Shown one piece after another: positions 49,001-61,000 of a stretch of 64,000 nt of DNA. Made by a program: the position numbers and the translations under genes. Under the pieces are notes generated by a model that saw only the letters and a program-made list of their open reading frames with translations, was not told the origin of the DNA and did not search any database. Source of the DNA: Macrostomum lignano (taxonomy: Eukaryota); the NCBI GenBank assembly GCA_002269645.1, contig NIVC01001817.1, positions 170,167 through 234,166 of the forward strand, written 5' to 3'. The first letter of the stretch is position 1. Each line of letters begins with the position of its first letter.

Positions 49001-52000
49001 TATTCAATATTCGGCTGTCTTATCAACCGGCGGGAGTAACTAAGATCGGGTTTCGGTACTTCAGCTTCTCAGCCGCTGTTAATAAGCAAAGCAGGGTGTT
49101 TTTTCGAGTATTAGCACTCGAGCAGTACCGTTCTGTAATCCTGGTGATACTGCAGTCAAAACTCGTATCTCGCCCTTTTATAATCAGAGCAATGATCCCA
49201 TATCTTTTCGCCACCCTTTCGTCAGCATTGCAACCAGACGCTTTATTTTGGCCACGGGTGAAATTCTATCGCACATAGTTTAGGATTGCAATATCAGCGA
49301 TATAAATTATCGATCGTGGCTGGAGCGCGTTGCATTCTAGGGGGTGGGTGAGTATCAACAGCCGCAACTAGCCCTGCCAGCGTCCTTACCTCCCCTGTCA
49401 AAGCTTCGCGATCAGCTCCCGCCTGGAGGTCCGCTGCCTGCTCATCGCGACAAAAGCCCTGTCTAGCTCCCATTGGTTGATGTGTTAGGAAAAATGCTTT
49501 AATTTCTACCATTTTCTGCATATATCATCGTTTTTTTCTCTATCAATGAATCGGCTATTGCTATTCCACAACCCCAGTGGCCGCACCCGTGCGTGAGCGG
49601 GGGGGGGACTGACGAGCAGGGGTGAGAGGCAATCTAGAATCGACATGAATTGGAGACTGAGGGCTTGCTGGATTCATCTCTCAACCCCCTCTTCCTTGCC
49701 TAATTCATGGCAGAGGGTCGTCCCCCGGCGCCCAGCATCCACGCTCTGCCAGACCAAACCCACCAAAACCATCTCGCTAATGGGATAACAAATTTGCCAC
49801 TGAGTAATTAACTGTCCACTCCCTCTGCTCCATCCCAACTAAACTACGCTTTAGTGGCAGGGTCAGAGGCAGAGCTAAGATACAGTATAGGAAATCGGTT
49901 CCATATAAAAATACTTTGACAGCCGACTAGCTAAACTTGCAACATCCGGGAAGCTTTGATCTGGTGTAATTTTCCGCGAAAATACGAGTCTTTGATGTCA
50001 CTGCCTCGAGAATATTAACCCACTGGCATATCGACGAATCCAATTCCAATACCCGTGTATTCCACATCTTCATAAACCGATAAGCTGTATTAGCTACTAA
50101 AAGTTGCTCATTGAATCGACAAAAACGAACAAGTTTTACGCTGCTACCACAGGGTCTCCCTAAAACACGCCCCGCACCGCCCCGAACCGCTACACATTAT
50201 AACAATTTGGACTATAACTAAGGCATTTTCAAAGTGTGTTTTCTGTTAAGCTTCAAACTTTTATTAAATTTAGTTTTCTCACTTTTAAATATGAAATTCG
50301 GAGAATAATAGGTGATATTAATAATAATAATATTAAAATATGAATAATATACTTAATAACAAAAAAGAAGAATATTAAAAATAATAATATTATTAGTAAT
50401 AATAATTGAAGTTATTTATTCCATGACTCTTATAACAAATAGTTTTCTCTGCAATTAAATACTGCATTGACAAAAATGTTATAATGTGTAGCGGTTCGGG
50501 GCGGTGCGGGGCGTGTTTTAGGGAGACCCGCTACCACAGCCTACGAACGTTGTCTGTTTAAAAAACGTTTATGAAAGAAAGTGCAGCATCAACTCACAGA
50601 AACGCTTGCTGCTGCTTTCGGAGTTGGCGCAATCGGAGCAGTTGAGATTATTAGTCAAGTTTTCGCGAAATCGCACCCTCTGGTCCATGTCCGACAGGCA
50701 CGCGAAAATAACAACGGAAGAAGGCCGCTGTTTAGAGATAATGAGGGCAGAGCAGCAGTGAGCAGTTAGAAGCCGAAGCGTTGAAATTGCTGTCCCTCCC
50801 AATGGGACATAAAAGCGTTTGATGCCACTCTGTGAGGGAGCAAAATTATAGGAGCAGCACACAGCCACGCATTTCCAACTCTAAAATGCTCTGTGCGACA
50901 CAGTCCTCGGCGTTCCAGCTTTTAACTGAAATAGTCGAACTGAAAAACAAATAATTACACCCTCGACCAGCATTGAACCTCATCTGGGACCAATGCATTT
51001 TGCAGTTTGACTGCAGAGCAGCTCAGTATCAGACTGTCAGCGCCACGATCCCCCGTTGAGGTTGTCCACGAATAGTTGACCGGAGGGAGGGGTTGTGTTG
51101 CGATTCGCACCCATGAGGGCCAACCCCCAAGCCACAGAGGGTGTACATGCCTGACGATTAGAAAGTCAGGGAGGGAGGGGTTGTGTTGCGATTCACACCC
51201 ATGAGGGCCAACCCCCAAGCCACAGAGAGTGTACATGTCTGACGATTAGAAAGTCAGGGAGGGAGGGGTTGTGTTGCGATTCACACCCATGAGGGCCAAC
51301 CCCCAAGCCACAGAGAGTGTACATGTCTGACGATTAGAAAGCCAGGGAGGGAGGGGTTGTGTTGCGATTCGCACCCATGAGGGCCAACCCCCAAGCCACA
51401 GAGAGTGTACATGTCTGACGATTAGAAAGCCAGGGCCGCTGTACACTCTGTGTGAGCGTGTGTATGAACGCGTGCTTGCGTACAGTTTACAGTGTGTACA
51501 GTATGTGTTCAGGAGTCAACGGAACGGGGATTGCCTCCGCACTGTTTGTGGTGCCAAAGGCGTTGCGTTGGTTAAGGTGTCTACAATCCCATCGCAAATA
51601 TCTATCTCCGTTGCAGATAATGTGCAAACCTCCAACGCTGCTTCCGGCCGAGACTCTGTCTATTTTGGCCAACAATTTAAATGGCCCGTGGGCCGACGCA
51701 TCGAGATCACGGATGTGCTGGAGATTCGAGTCTACAATTTCTCGAAATATCTTGCCAACAAGTGAGAAAATTTAGTTGAGACAGGCATTTGAAAAAGCCC
51801 AGACCCCAACAGTCGAATTTGGGAATTTGTTTTAAGGGTTGGAGACGCTTTGTGTACTTTCTCTAAGCGTATCTAAGTGTACTTTGCAATCCAATATACT
51901 AAAAACTCTCGCCCTCGCCTCGTCCTATTTCCTAGAATGATCGGCTCGCTGACCATCAGCCTACAGCAGTTGGTGCACGAGAGCAGCCTGAAACTGCGCG

Positions 52001-55000
52001 AACAGCTCATCGATGCTAATCACTCCACTATGCGGGTAAGAGAGCTAAATTGCTCAAGTGGCGTGTTGGAATTCTTCCAGCTTACAGTGCACACAACGCA
52101 AATGATGCATGAACGGTTACAGAGTGCTCCTCCCCAGATAGAGGGCTCCGGCTGCGAATAAAGAAATGCACACTGGCTGAAACTGCATACTGGTCTTGTC
52201 ATCCTATCTCTTTCTTTTCCAATCTTCTCTGCCCTCGCTTCCTCCTTTCTTCATTCTTTTCCAATTCCTGTTCGGTCCGTCTGGAAATTCTCCCGGCGCC
52301 GTCGCTCTCCCAGCCTGAGGGGCGAGCAGGGAAAAATCTGGGGGAAGCTGGGGCCGCGTCCCGGCGCCGGAGGAAAGCTCTCGGGAAATGAGAGCCACTT
52401 CCCTTTCGTCTGCTGGTTGCCCCTCCCCCTCTTTACTTTCTCTCCCCATTTTTTATCCATGCTCGGCTCGGCTCCCATCGCTTGAAAGCTCTAAATGTCT
52501 CTGCCAGCCCGCTCTTCGCTGTCTTCTTATCATTCTTCTTCTTTTAGTTTTCTGCCGCGGGTAGAAAACAAGAGAGAAATATATTCAGAAGCCAAATGAA
52601 TTCTTTTCTGAGCGCCAGGAAGACAAATCAGTCTGTAATTTTTAACCCCTCCCGGCAGTCTCACCCTGGAAGACATTCTCCTAATCTCAGGAGGCTCCTT
52701 GACAGCATTTAGTCCGCTTGTTGCTTTCTCTCCGTTTAATATATGCTCTTTCAAAAGGCTTGCAGCCTTGACTTCCGTTGCTGCCGGCTTGTCATCTTTT
52801 CTTGGCTTCATAAGTCTCCAGTTGGAACCATTTCTCTGTCGGTAGTCTAATGCGATCAAACCGTGTGTTGGCTTCGGTTTGGGGGGAAGCCGAGCTTGGG
52901 AAAGAATCGAGCGATGTGTTTCTCGACTGATATCTCCTCCCCTCAGGGGAGTGGCGGAATCTGATATGGGATAACGCTTGTCAGACCAGATTGCCATGAA
53001 TGGCCATGCAGCTAAAGGATTGACAAGTGCGCTTATACATGATCTATTTGAATGCACCCGTTTGACTTGCCTTTGCCGATCTCCGGACAAAAGTCCGTCT
53101 GCGTTTTGAATTCTTTTTTTGAGTCCTATTTTTCTTGATTATTTAACTTCACAGGCAACGCTGGACTTTGAGATCAATTACTATTCGCCCGACTCGCAAA
53201 TTGGCGACTGGAGACAGGACGAATTCGACTATCCGGTGCCCCCGATGCGCCCCGGAGCGGCCGGAGAGGATCAAGAGGACAATGCCAGGTGAGGAAAAGG
53301 ATGCAGATCTATTCATATTCATTTGGGACTTTTGTGTGCACGAGAATTGGTCGATGGGTTGTCGTGATTCACAGCCATGATGGCCAACCTCCCAAGCCAC
53401 AGAGAGTGCACACTCCTGACGATTAGAAAGTCAGGGCCGCTGTACACCCTCTGTGAGCGTGTTTTTGATTGCGTGCCTGTGTACAGTTTTGGCGCGCGCG
53501 AAACACTTGTATCTTTGGTTGGCAATTTTACTTATAAACGAATCACAATGGACAAGCGTTAATTTGAAAAATACCGTCTAGCAGAGACATTGATTTCTGT
53601 AGCCACTATAAAATCGATATCATACTATTACCTTCGTTATTTCAGCATCCATTTCTCAGCAATCAATGCGCATCAGTTAGATGACTTGCCAAACCAACTC
53701 AATCTTTTGTTACACTTCCAGTCGGATCAGCTTCTCGGACGCGCAGTCTCTGATAAAGGAGAATCGAAACATGCTGGCGCTGGCCCAAGGCGACGAGGCC
53801 GGCTCCCTCATGACTGGCGAGGATGACGTCTCGTTGGGTAACGCGATGCGAAAGTAAGCGCTCTCCGGCGTTTTAATCCGTACTGAGTGCCTGAACGCCC
53901 CTGTAGCTGACACTCTTTCGCCGTCGACCTCTCCTCTCCCCCCAAGGCAGACCCAATAAATCAATCCTGTCTCCGGCAGAAACTCATCGACTGTCGAGAT
54001 CTTATTCCCTCTCTGCTGCTTAGTGGGCAACCCTCTGAATATCTCTCAAGTTCTTTCTCTCTGGCTTTTATCTGCGCTCCTATTAGTTAGCACCACTTGA
54101 TTCTCTTTAACTCTTTGAGCAAAGTGTACTGCTGCAAAGATTTTATCTTGAAAGATTTAGCTGTCTCCACTTGAAGGTGATCCACTACTCTACTCGCAAA
54201 TAGACTTTATAACAGTAAATTTTATTTTAATGACCTTTTACCTATGAGATGAGGCATTAAAGATATACGTTTTTATTAGCTTCTCGAGCGACCGTTCCGT
54301 ATGACCTTTACCACAGGACTTACCAGAGAAAGTTCAGATAAAGAACCTATACCATGCTTACCGTATTTAATTTACTTTGAATACCGCAGCAAACTTGGGC
54401 TGTGATTAGAGAATAAATTTAACTGAGAGTTCTTGCCTCATGGCGAGTTGCTGCACCTGTTGCACTGAGGGTTCAATGCAGAACTTTTTTCTCTGTTCTG
54501 TTTAAGCTCCCCCTGTCCGCCTCCTAGAATAGCAAATAACTCACTGAATGCGCACAGTTGTGAATGCATTTTGTTCTTCTCTGTATTTTCCTCAACTTTT
54601 TTGCTTGAGCCATTGTTTCACAGCTGTTGCTCAAGTACAGCGAGTGGCCTACGGGCTGTAAAGCATAGAAGCCATGGCTTTTCATACATAGAACTTTTTT
54701 CCCAATCCCATTAGGAGAAAGAGAAGATTTTTCAACTCAAAATTATTCTAGGCAGGACGATGGATCTCCAAATTTTAATGAGGAGTTCGATTTTAGCTCA
54801 ATTTTTCGCGGATGACACGTTAGGGCCGGGAAAAGTGTACTCATCCTTAACAAAGAAACAAACACAAAGATCATTTTGGTAAAGGGTTTTATAGCCTTTA
54901 ATAATCTAATTGCTTTAAGTATTTATTACTAGACTAGCACTTTTTATTTGGCCTCAAATGAACTCATTACTACAATCTTCTGATGAATGCCAGTACAAGA

Positions 55001-58000
55001 GCAAACTCAACCAGTGCGTATCTGCTTTTGCTTTAGTGCAGCGCAGTTTAGACTGAGGAACTTCAGAGCTCGCCCTGACGTGTATCTCCCATTCCTTCTT
55101 TCTCCCCCCGCTCTCGTTCCCCCCTCGCCACTCCTGGTGAGTCAATATTTGAGTAGCCAGGTTGCACTTACTGGTTTATAGGTCTGGAAAAAAGGAACTG
55201 ATTCTCCTATGCTGCATGGCAGGAGTGTTTAGTCCGGCATAACAAGTTGCATAGTATTATTGCTTTATCTGTCTCTGACTCACCGTATCTTCGCACGAAT
55301 CTCATATCCTCTTGATGTTTTTTGTTTGCCAAATAAGCTCCAGTTAGTGTTCAGACACTGGGGGCTTTTAGCGCTGCTGCAGATGAAGGCGGCATCTTTC
55401 CACTGAACCCTGAACACTCACACGGATGTAAAACGGCCCTGGCTTTCTCATTGTAATGCTTTATTGAAATTTACGTCCATTAACCTGAAACTAACGTAGT
55501 CATCGTTTTTTATTTAAGTAAATTTACCTTTAGCCTTTTCCATTATAATACTATTTTATAACAAAAAGATAGGGCCTTGACTTTTATCCAGAAGACCGAC
55601 AGCGCGAATGTCTCTATTAAATCAGAAAAAAAATTATTTTAACATTAAAAATTTGAGATTTAAGATTTAGCGTTTCGAAATGCCTTCTCCTTTTTCACAG
55701 TTAATTCCATTTACTTGATTAAACATTCCGCCCTGAGAAAGCTTTTGAAGTGCTCTAGAATGAACATGTCCCTAAATAATGCAGCACAACACTAGGATTA
55801 ATTCAGTCTTCATGGACAAAACTGTCAATAAACTTCGCTTATTCCGCCCTGTTAGAACACTCGGAGTTCCCGTGGTCCTCGATCCAACTCTGCACAAGAT
55901 GGAAGACTACCAGCTGTCTGTGACCATCATCGAAGCCAAGCAGCTCTCGGGCGCCAACATCAATCCTTGCATCGAAGTTCGAGTTGGCGATCGAGTTAAA
56001 CGAACCGAGATTCAAATGTCAACTAATTCGCCGTATTACAATCAGTACTTTCCGTTCGAGTTCCACATGTCAAAATCGGAGCTGTTCGATCAGGTTATTC
56101 ACATCCGGGTGAGTTACATGCAAATTATTGTTGAATTTCTGCTTTTAGAGGAATATTGAGAAACCCAGACCGCTCTGCAGGCTTCAGTTCCGCGAGGTCC
56201 CTTAGGAATTTTGATGGCGGAAGCTCTAGCGAAGGTCCCGCAACCGGAGGCTGCACGCCGTGGCCGCGCGGGGAGAGGATTATTTTTTGATAGGCGAGAC
56301 GCAGACGGACCTCAAAAGCTTTTGCCAGACTTTAGTGGCCTGGCGTGCGTCTCCCTTGGGACCGGATTAATAATTCATAAGGGAGGGAGCCGCCGCTTGC
56401 CAAGGCAAGCTTAAGCTTGCGAGATGCGGCGCTGCCGTGGTGGCAGAATTGGATACACCGCGTCGAGACTGGGTGGTTGGGTTGGAGAGAGCAAAGAGAC
56501 TGCAAGACAGGGATAGGGAAACGGAAAAAAATATATGAAGGAGCCAAAAGTTTTATTATTAACGGGCATGCAAGGCAAACAGTTCAAGAGCGCATCGCTA
56601 AAGCGGTCGGCAGCTTTGAGAGATGCTGGTTTTCCGTTGGCTTCATGGATTTTACGAACTATAGCAAACTATATCCTCCTTTATATGTCACCAAGGTATC
56701 TTTATGTATCATAAAGCTACGCAATCGATCACAAAATATCTCTCAATCATCAAATGTAACCAAACCATCCCCGATTATAAAAAAACGTCGTCGAACGTCA
56801 TCAAATCCTCCTCAGTCTTGGACTGTTTTGGAATGTCTTTGACTTAGGATAGTTCTTTTAACTGTTGCTGCACTACAGCAAGCAATAAAATTAAAGTGGT
56901 CCAGCTAGCTTGAACTTTCAACAAAGCATTGCTATCTTTAACTCCGAAACTACACCAACTTCAAGTTGAGAGAAAAACTTCACATTAACTTTCCTAGTTG
57001 GTCGTAAACATTTCAGGCGCTGAACAAAGGCACAATGATGATCTCTAGGCTGTTTTCTGGCGATCTAATTGGCGAATTTCGACTCGACGTTCGCACCGTC
57101 TACAATGCGCAAGGTAGGGGCATACTGATTTATTACTTATGAACTGGGGTAATTATGAAACCCGTCTTGAAACAGTGATTACAGTTCATAAAACAAAAAT
57201 CAGGATTAAAAAGTGCTTATACCAGCAAATAAACTTGAGTTTGTTTGTTAACAATTGACTGGAAAAATTACTGGGCGTATTCTTTTTGCAACTAGAAGTT
57301 CTCATGTACTGACTCAATTTTAAGATATATGTAATAAGTTAATAGTTCATAAATTATGAACCTTCCTACGCATAAAATTATCATTCAGGAATAGCGAAAC
57401 TGAAGCCCTATTTATGCAGCCATAGGATACAAACAGCTCATTTGCAATATATCGCCTTAAAATTCTCTTCTGCTTATGAATAATTATCCCGTGTTAATAT
57501 ATAGATCTGCTTTTAGTACCCAGTTTCCTTAAATTACTGTCACGAAGTCTGCTCTAAAAATTGATTTATGAAGCAAAAAGTAAGAGTTGCAACTCGAAAA
57601 CACGTCTCAACTTCGAAGCTTATATGTTAGAAGCTTCGAAGACCTGACTACTTTCAGGAAGTTCCAACCATGGCTTTGCAATCTGGGCTTAAAAATTTTA
57701 TGTTTGAAATCCCATTTGACGTTTCAAATCGTTTAGGGATTAAACAGCAACTAATGGTCACTCCTTACACGTAGCAGTCGGCCTTCACATTGCTTATTAA
57801 AATCTGTGCAATAGTGTTGAATTACACACGGAGTGTAGGCTTTGCAACGCTTGTCGCCCGTAACTCTGCTCGGCCTTCTACACGCATTACCGCAACTTGG
57901 TCACCCACTGCTTCATTCCCCGATTCGTCATTATGACCGACTTCGTTCAAAATGTGAAAAAAGTTCTTAAACAGATATATCTCGCGATTGCTTTATTATC

Positions 58001-61000
58001 TCATACACATATCAATAAATGTTATATAGGTTCTGACGTAAAAATATTGTGTATTTAGTTTATTTGCGTCGCAGCTATTTGCAATCAAAGCGAAAATAAA
58101 ACTTTGCATCAATTTCCAGACCACATGTTCTTCCACAAGTGGGCCTGCCTCATCGATCCCAAAGACATTCTGGGCGGTCCGAAAGGCTATGTTAAATGCG
58201 ACATCAACGTGATTGGGAAGGGCGAACAGATGAAGGTATGCGAAAAAGTCTTTTATTTTAACTGCTGCGTTTCATTGATTAAGAACTTAGATTATAGCAG
58301 CATCCATTGGATAATCCATTTATACTACTAGCAGTTGCATTATGCTTTTTCTTAGAATTTTCCAAAAATAGCCGTTCGTCACGCACCATAGTATCTAGCA
58401 ATCCGTTATTATTATTCGGAATTCACCTGTTTTACCGAAACTACTTACAAGCGTCTTGCTACTTGCTAAATGGGGGCATATTTTCTTTACACCCACGTTT
58501 TCCTGTTTAGAAGTCGGGTTAGTTCTTTGAGTCAGAATTTTGCTTTACTCTGTCGAGTATTGTACGTCGTATTCGTTTGGAATCGAAAAAAAACTAGAAA
58601 GCCAACGAAGCGTTCATTTTGGCTTTCGACGTTGCAGCGATAGTTACTTTCCTTGTTTGTAAACTTTTGATATCCGCGTGTACTAAACAGTAAAGTAATA
58701 TAATTTTTTGCCTATTGTAGGACCCAAAGAAGGTAGTCTCTAGATACAAAAAACGTTTTGTTATATTCTTGTAGCAATTGGAACAGTTGCGGTTTATTAC
58801 ATTCGAATAATAATAACTATTGCTTTACTGCTTCTTTGTAATCTTGAGGTAGAAGTTTCTTTTTTATGCAATTGCGTAGCAGGATATGTATTTTATTACT
58901 ACTAGTATCAGTCAAAAGACCATTTGATATCTGGATGAAGTAAGCATAATATTCCAAGCATCCATTTTTTTAATTAAGAGTTCATAACAGTCGACTTTTT
59001 GGCAACATGGTTAACATTGGCTTGACTATAAAGCTCTTTGGTGGATCAAACATTGGTTTGAATCTACAGTTATTGTGATTTTTGTCACAGCAGCCATGCA
59101 GTAAACTGTTGATGCTATTTTACATACCTTGAAGCGCAACAGCAAACAAAAAATCGAAGTTAACAGCTAGATATTTAAAGCGGTTTTTTACGATATTCAT
59201 ATTTTAATTCTAAACAGTAAAAGGCAAATAAAATACGTTCAAACTACTAAGTACGAGCGTAGTTAGTAGTTAACTACAAAGCATGATCTTTTGACGTTTG
59301 AAAGTGTTTTATTATGATTTCTACGAAATGGGCACCACAATGAATTACACGTATATTAGTACAAATCGCACGCATCGTAAAAAGTAATCAATGCTATTTA
59401 AAGGGTCTGGGTTTCATTTTCGGAAGCATATTTTCGCTTGAATCTTTGTAACACTGCACATTCTTTAGCTACTACTTAAGGTTCAAGTTCAGTAGCGACT
59501 ATAGAAAATGGCGACTATAAGTTTTTATACAATCTGTACAGGCAAAATGTTGCACTGCTAGAACTTATGTAACCTGCTTTTTGCTTTCCCCAAAAACATT
59601 GTCATTGCATAATTTGTTGCATAAAATCTGCTGCCATCGATTTCTTTTCGCTTTCAGTCGCGACCGAAGGTACGTTGATTTTTGTAAACCAAAGCCTATT
59701 TTCGACCAGGCGGAATCCATAACAGAAATATTTTTTTTAGAATTTGCGATCTTTCATTTGAACTCTTGAGACTTCCAGAGTACTTATTACTGTGCTTATC
59801 TCTTATTTCTAATCTTCGCATGCCTTCAATAGAGCACAATTTAAACCTCTACATATATAGGTAAAACTGTAAACTGCATTCACATTCTGCTTACACATTA
59901 TTCTTTTTATCCTTAATTTTATTATTATTATTTTGGTATGACGATGTACATCAATTTATTTCGATTTCTACACAAAAACAGAAAGCAAAATTTGAACAGC
60001 TCAATATTTGATTATTATTCGCTACCTCACGCTGAGCTAAATTCCACCTAATTACCGTTCCCGTGTCCTGACTAACTGGCAATTTTATACTGATGGGGCT
60101 TCTTAGCTTCCTAGCTTCTGCCTAAAATATTTAACTTGTTAACTTGTCTTATTCGACAATTGTTTTAATCGCACTGGTTAGGATCAGTCCCTTAATTCGA
60201 TTGGAAGGCCGATAATTTTACTTTATTGCAGCGCGATTTAATAAAAAGCTGTTAAACTAATACTCCGAAGTATTTTAAACATTTGCGTATATATATTCAC
60301 TATCAATATTTTAGGAAAAACTAAACAAAAAGAAAATCAAACTAAGGCAGCCAATAAAATTAAAAGTTTTCTTGGGTCTCTTCGTTGTTTTCCCTAGAGG
60401 GGTTTCCCTTCAGAAAGTTTCTCCAAGTTGCAGGACGTTTCCCAGCAGGAGGTTCTCCCGCAGTGAGTTTCTCCCGCAGTGAGGTTCTCCCGCAGTGAGG
60501 CTCTCCCGCAGTGAGGTTCTCCCGCAGTGAGGTTCTCCCGCAGTGAGGCTCTCCCGCAGTGAGGCTCTCCCGCATTGAGGTTCTCCCGCAGTGAGGTTCT
60601 CCCGCAGTGAGGCTCTCCCGCAGTGAGGCTCTCCCGCATTGAGGTTCTCCCGCAGTGAGGTTCTCCCGCAGTGAGGCTCTCCCGCAGTGAGGCTCTCCCG
60701 CATTGAGGTTCTCCGCAGTGAGGTTCTCCCGCAGTGAGGCTCTCCCGCAGTGAGGCTCTCCCGCATTGAGGTTCTCCCGCAGTGAGGTTCTCCCGCAGTG
60801 AGGTTCTCCTGCAGTGAGGCTCTCCCGCATCGAGGTTCTCCCGCAGTGAGGCTCTCCCGCATCGAGGTTCTCCCGCAGTGAGGTTCTCCCGCAGTGAGGC
60901 TCTCCCGCATCGAGGTTCTCCCGCAGTGAGGTTCTCCCGCAGTGAGGTTCTCCCGCAGTGAGGTTCTCCCGCTGCAAAGTTTCCTAGCAGGAGAATTTTC

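Noticed and set aside
48480-49500. Possible highly decayed LINE (minus strand; [14 protein letters not shown] resembles a C-terminal knuckle)
   Set aside because: Similarity is too weak, with many stops; it needs a tBLASTn/HMM search.
51238-51262. CTGACGA-TTA-GAAA as an active hammerhead ribozyme
   Set aside because: No helix II, and no NUH triplet with a complementary helix III in type I or type III arrangement (GCC or CUG at the candidate sites); the motif sits in a CTGAC/GTCAG hairpin instead.
52530-53090. 186-aa antisense ORF in OTOF intron 3
   Set aside because: It starts at TTG with no recognisable domain. A rough estimate, (61/64)^187 x ~6000 frames, gives on the order of one such ORF by chance in this window.
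55030-55136. Extra OTOF exon ending at cctg|gtgagt
   Set aside because: It would end in phase 0 whereas the flanking exons join in phase 2; exon 53853 splices in frame directly to 55856.
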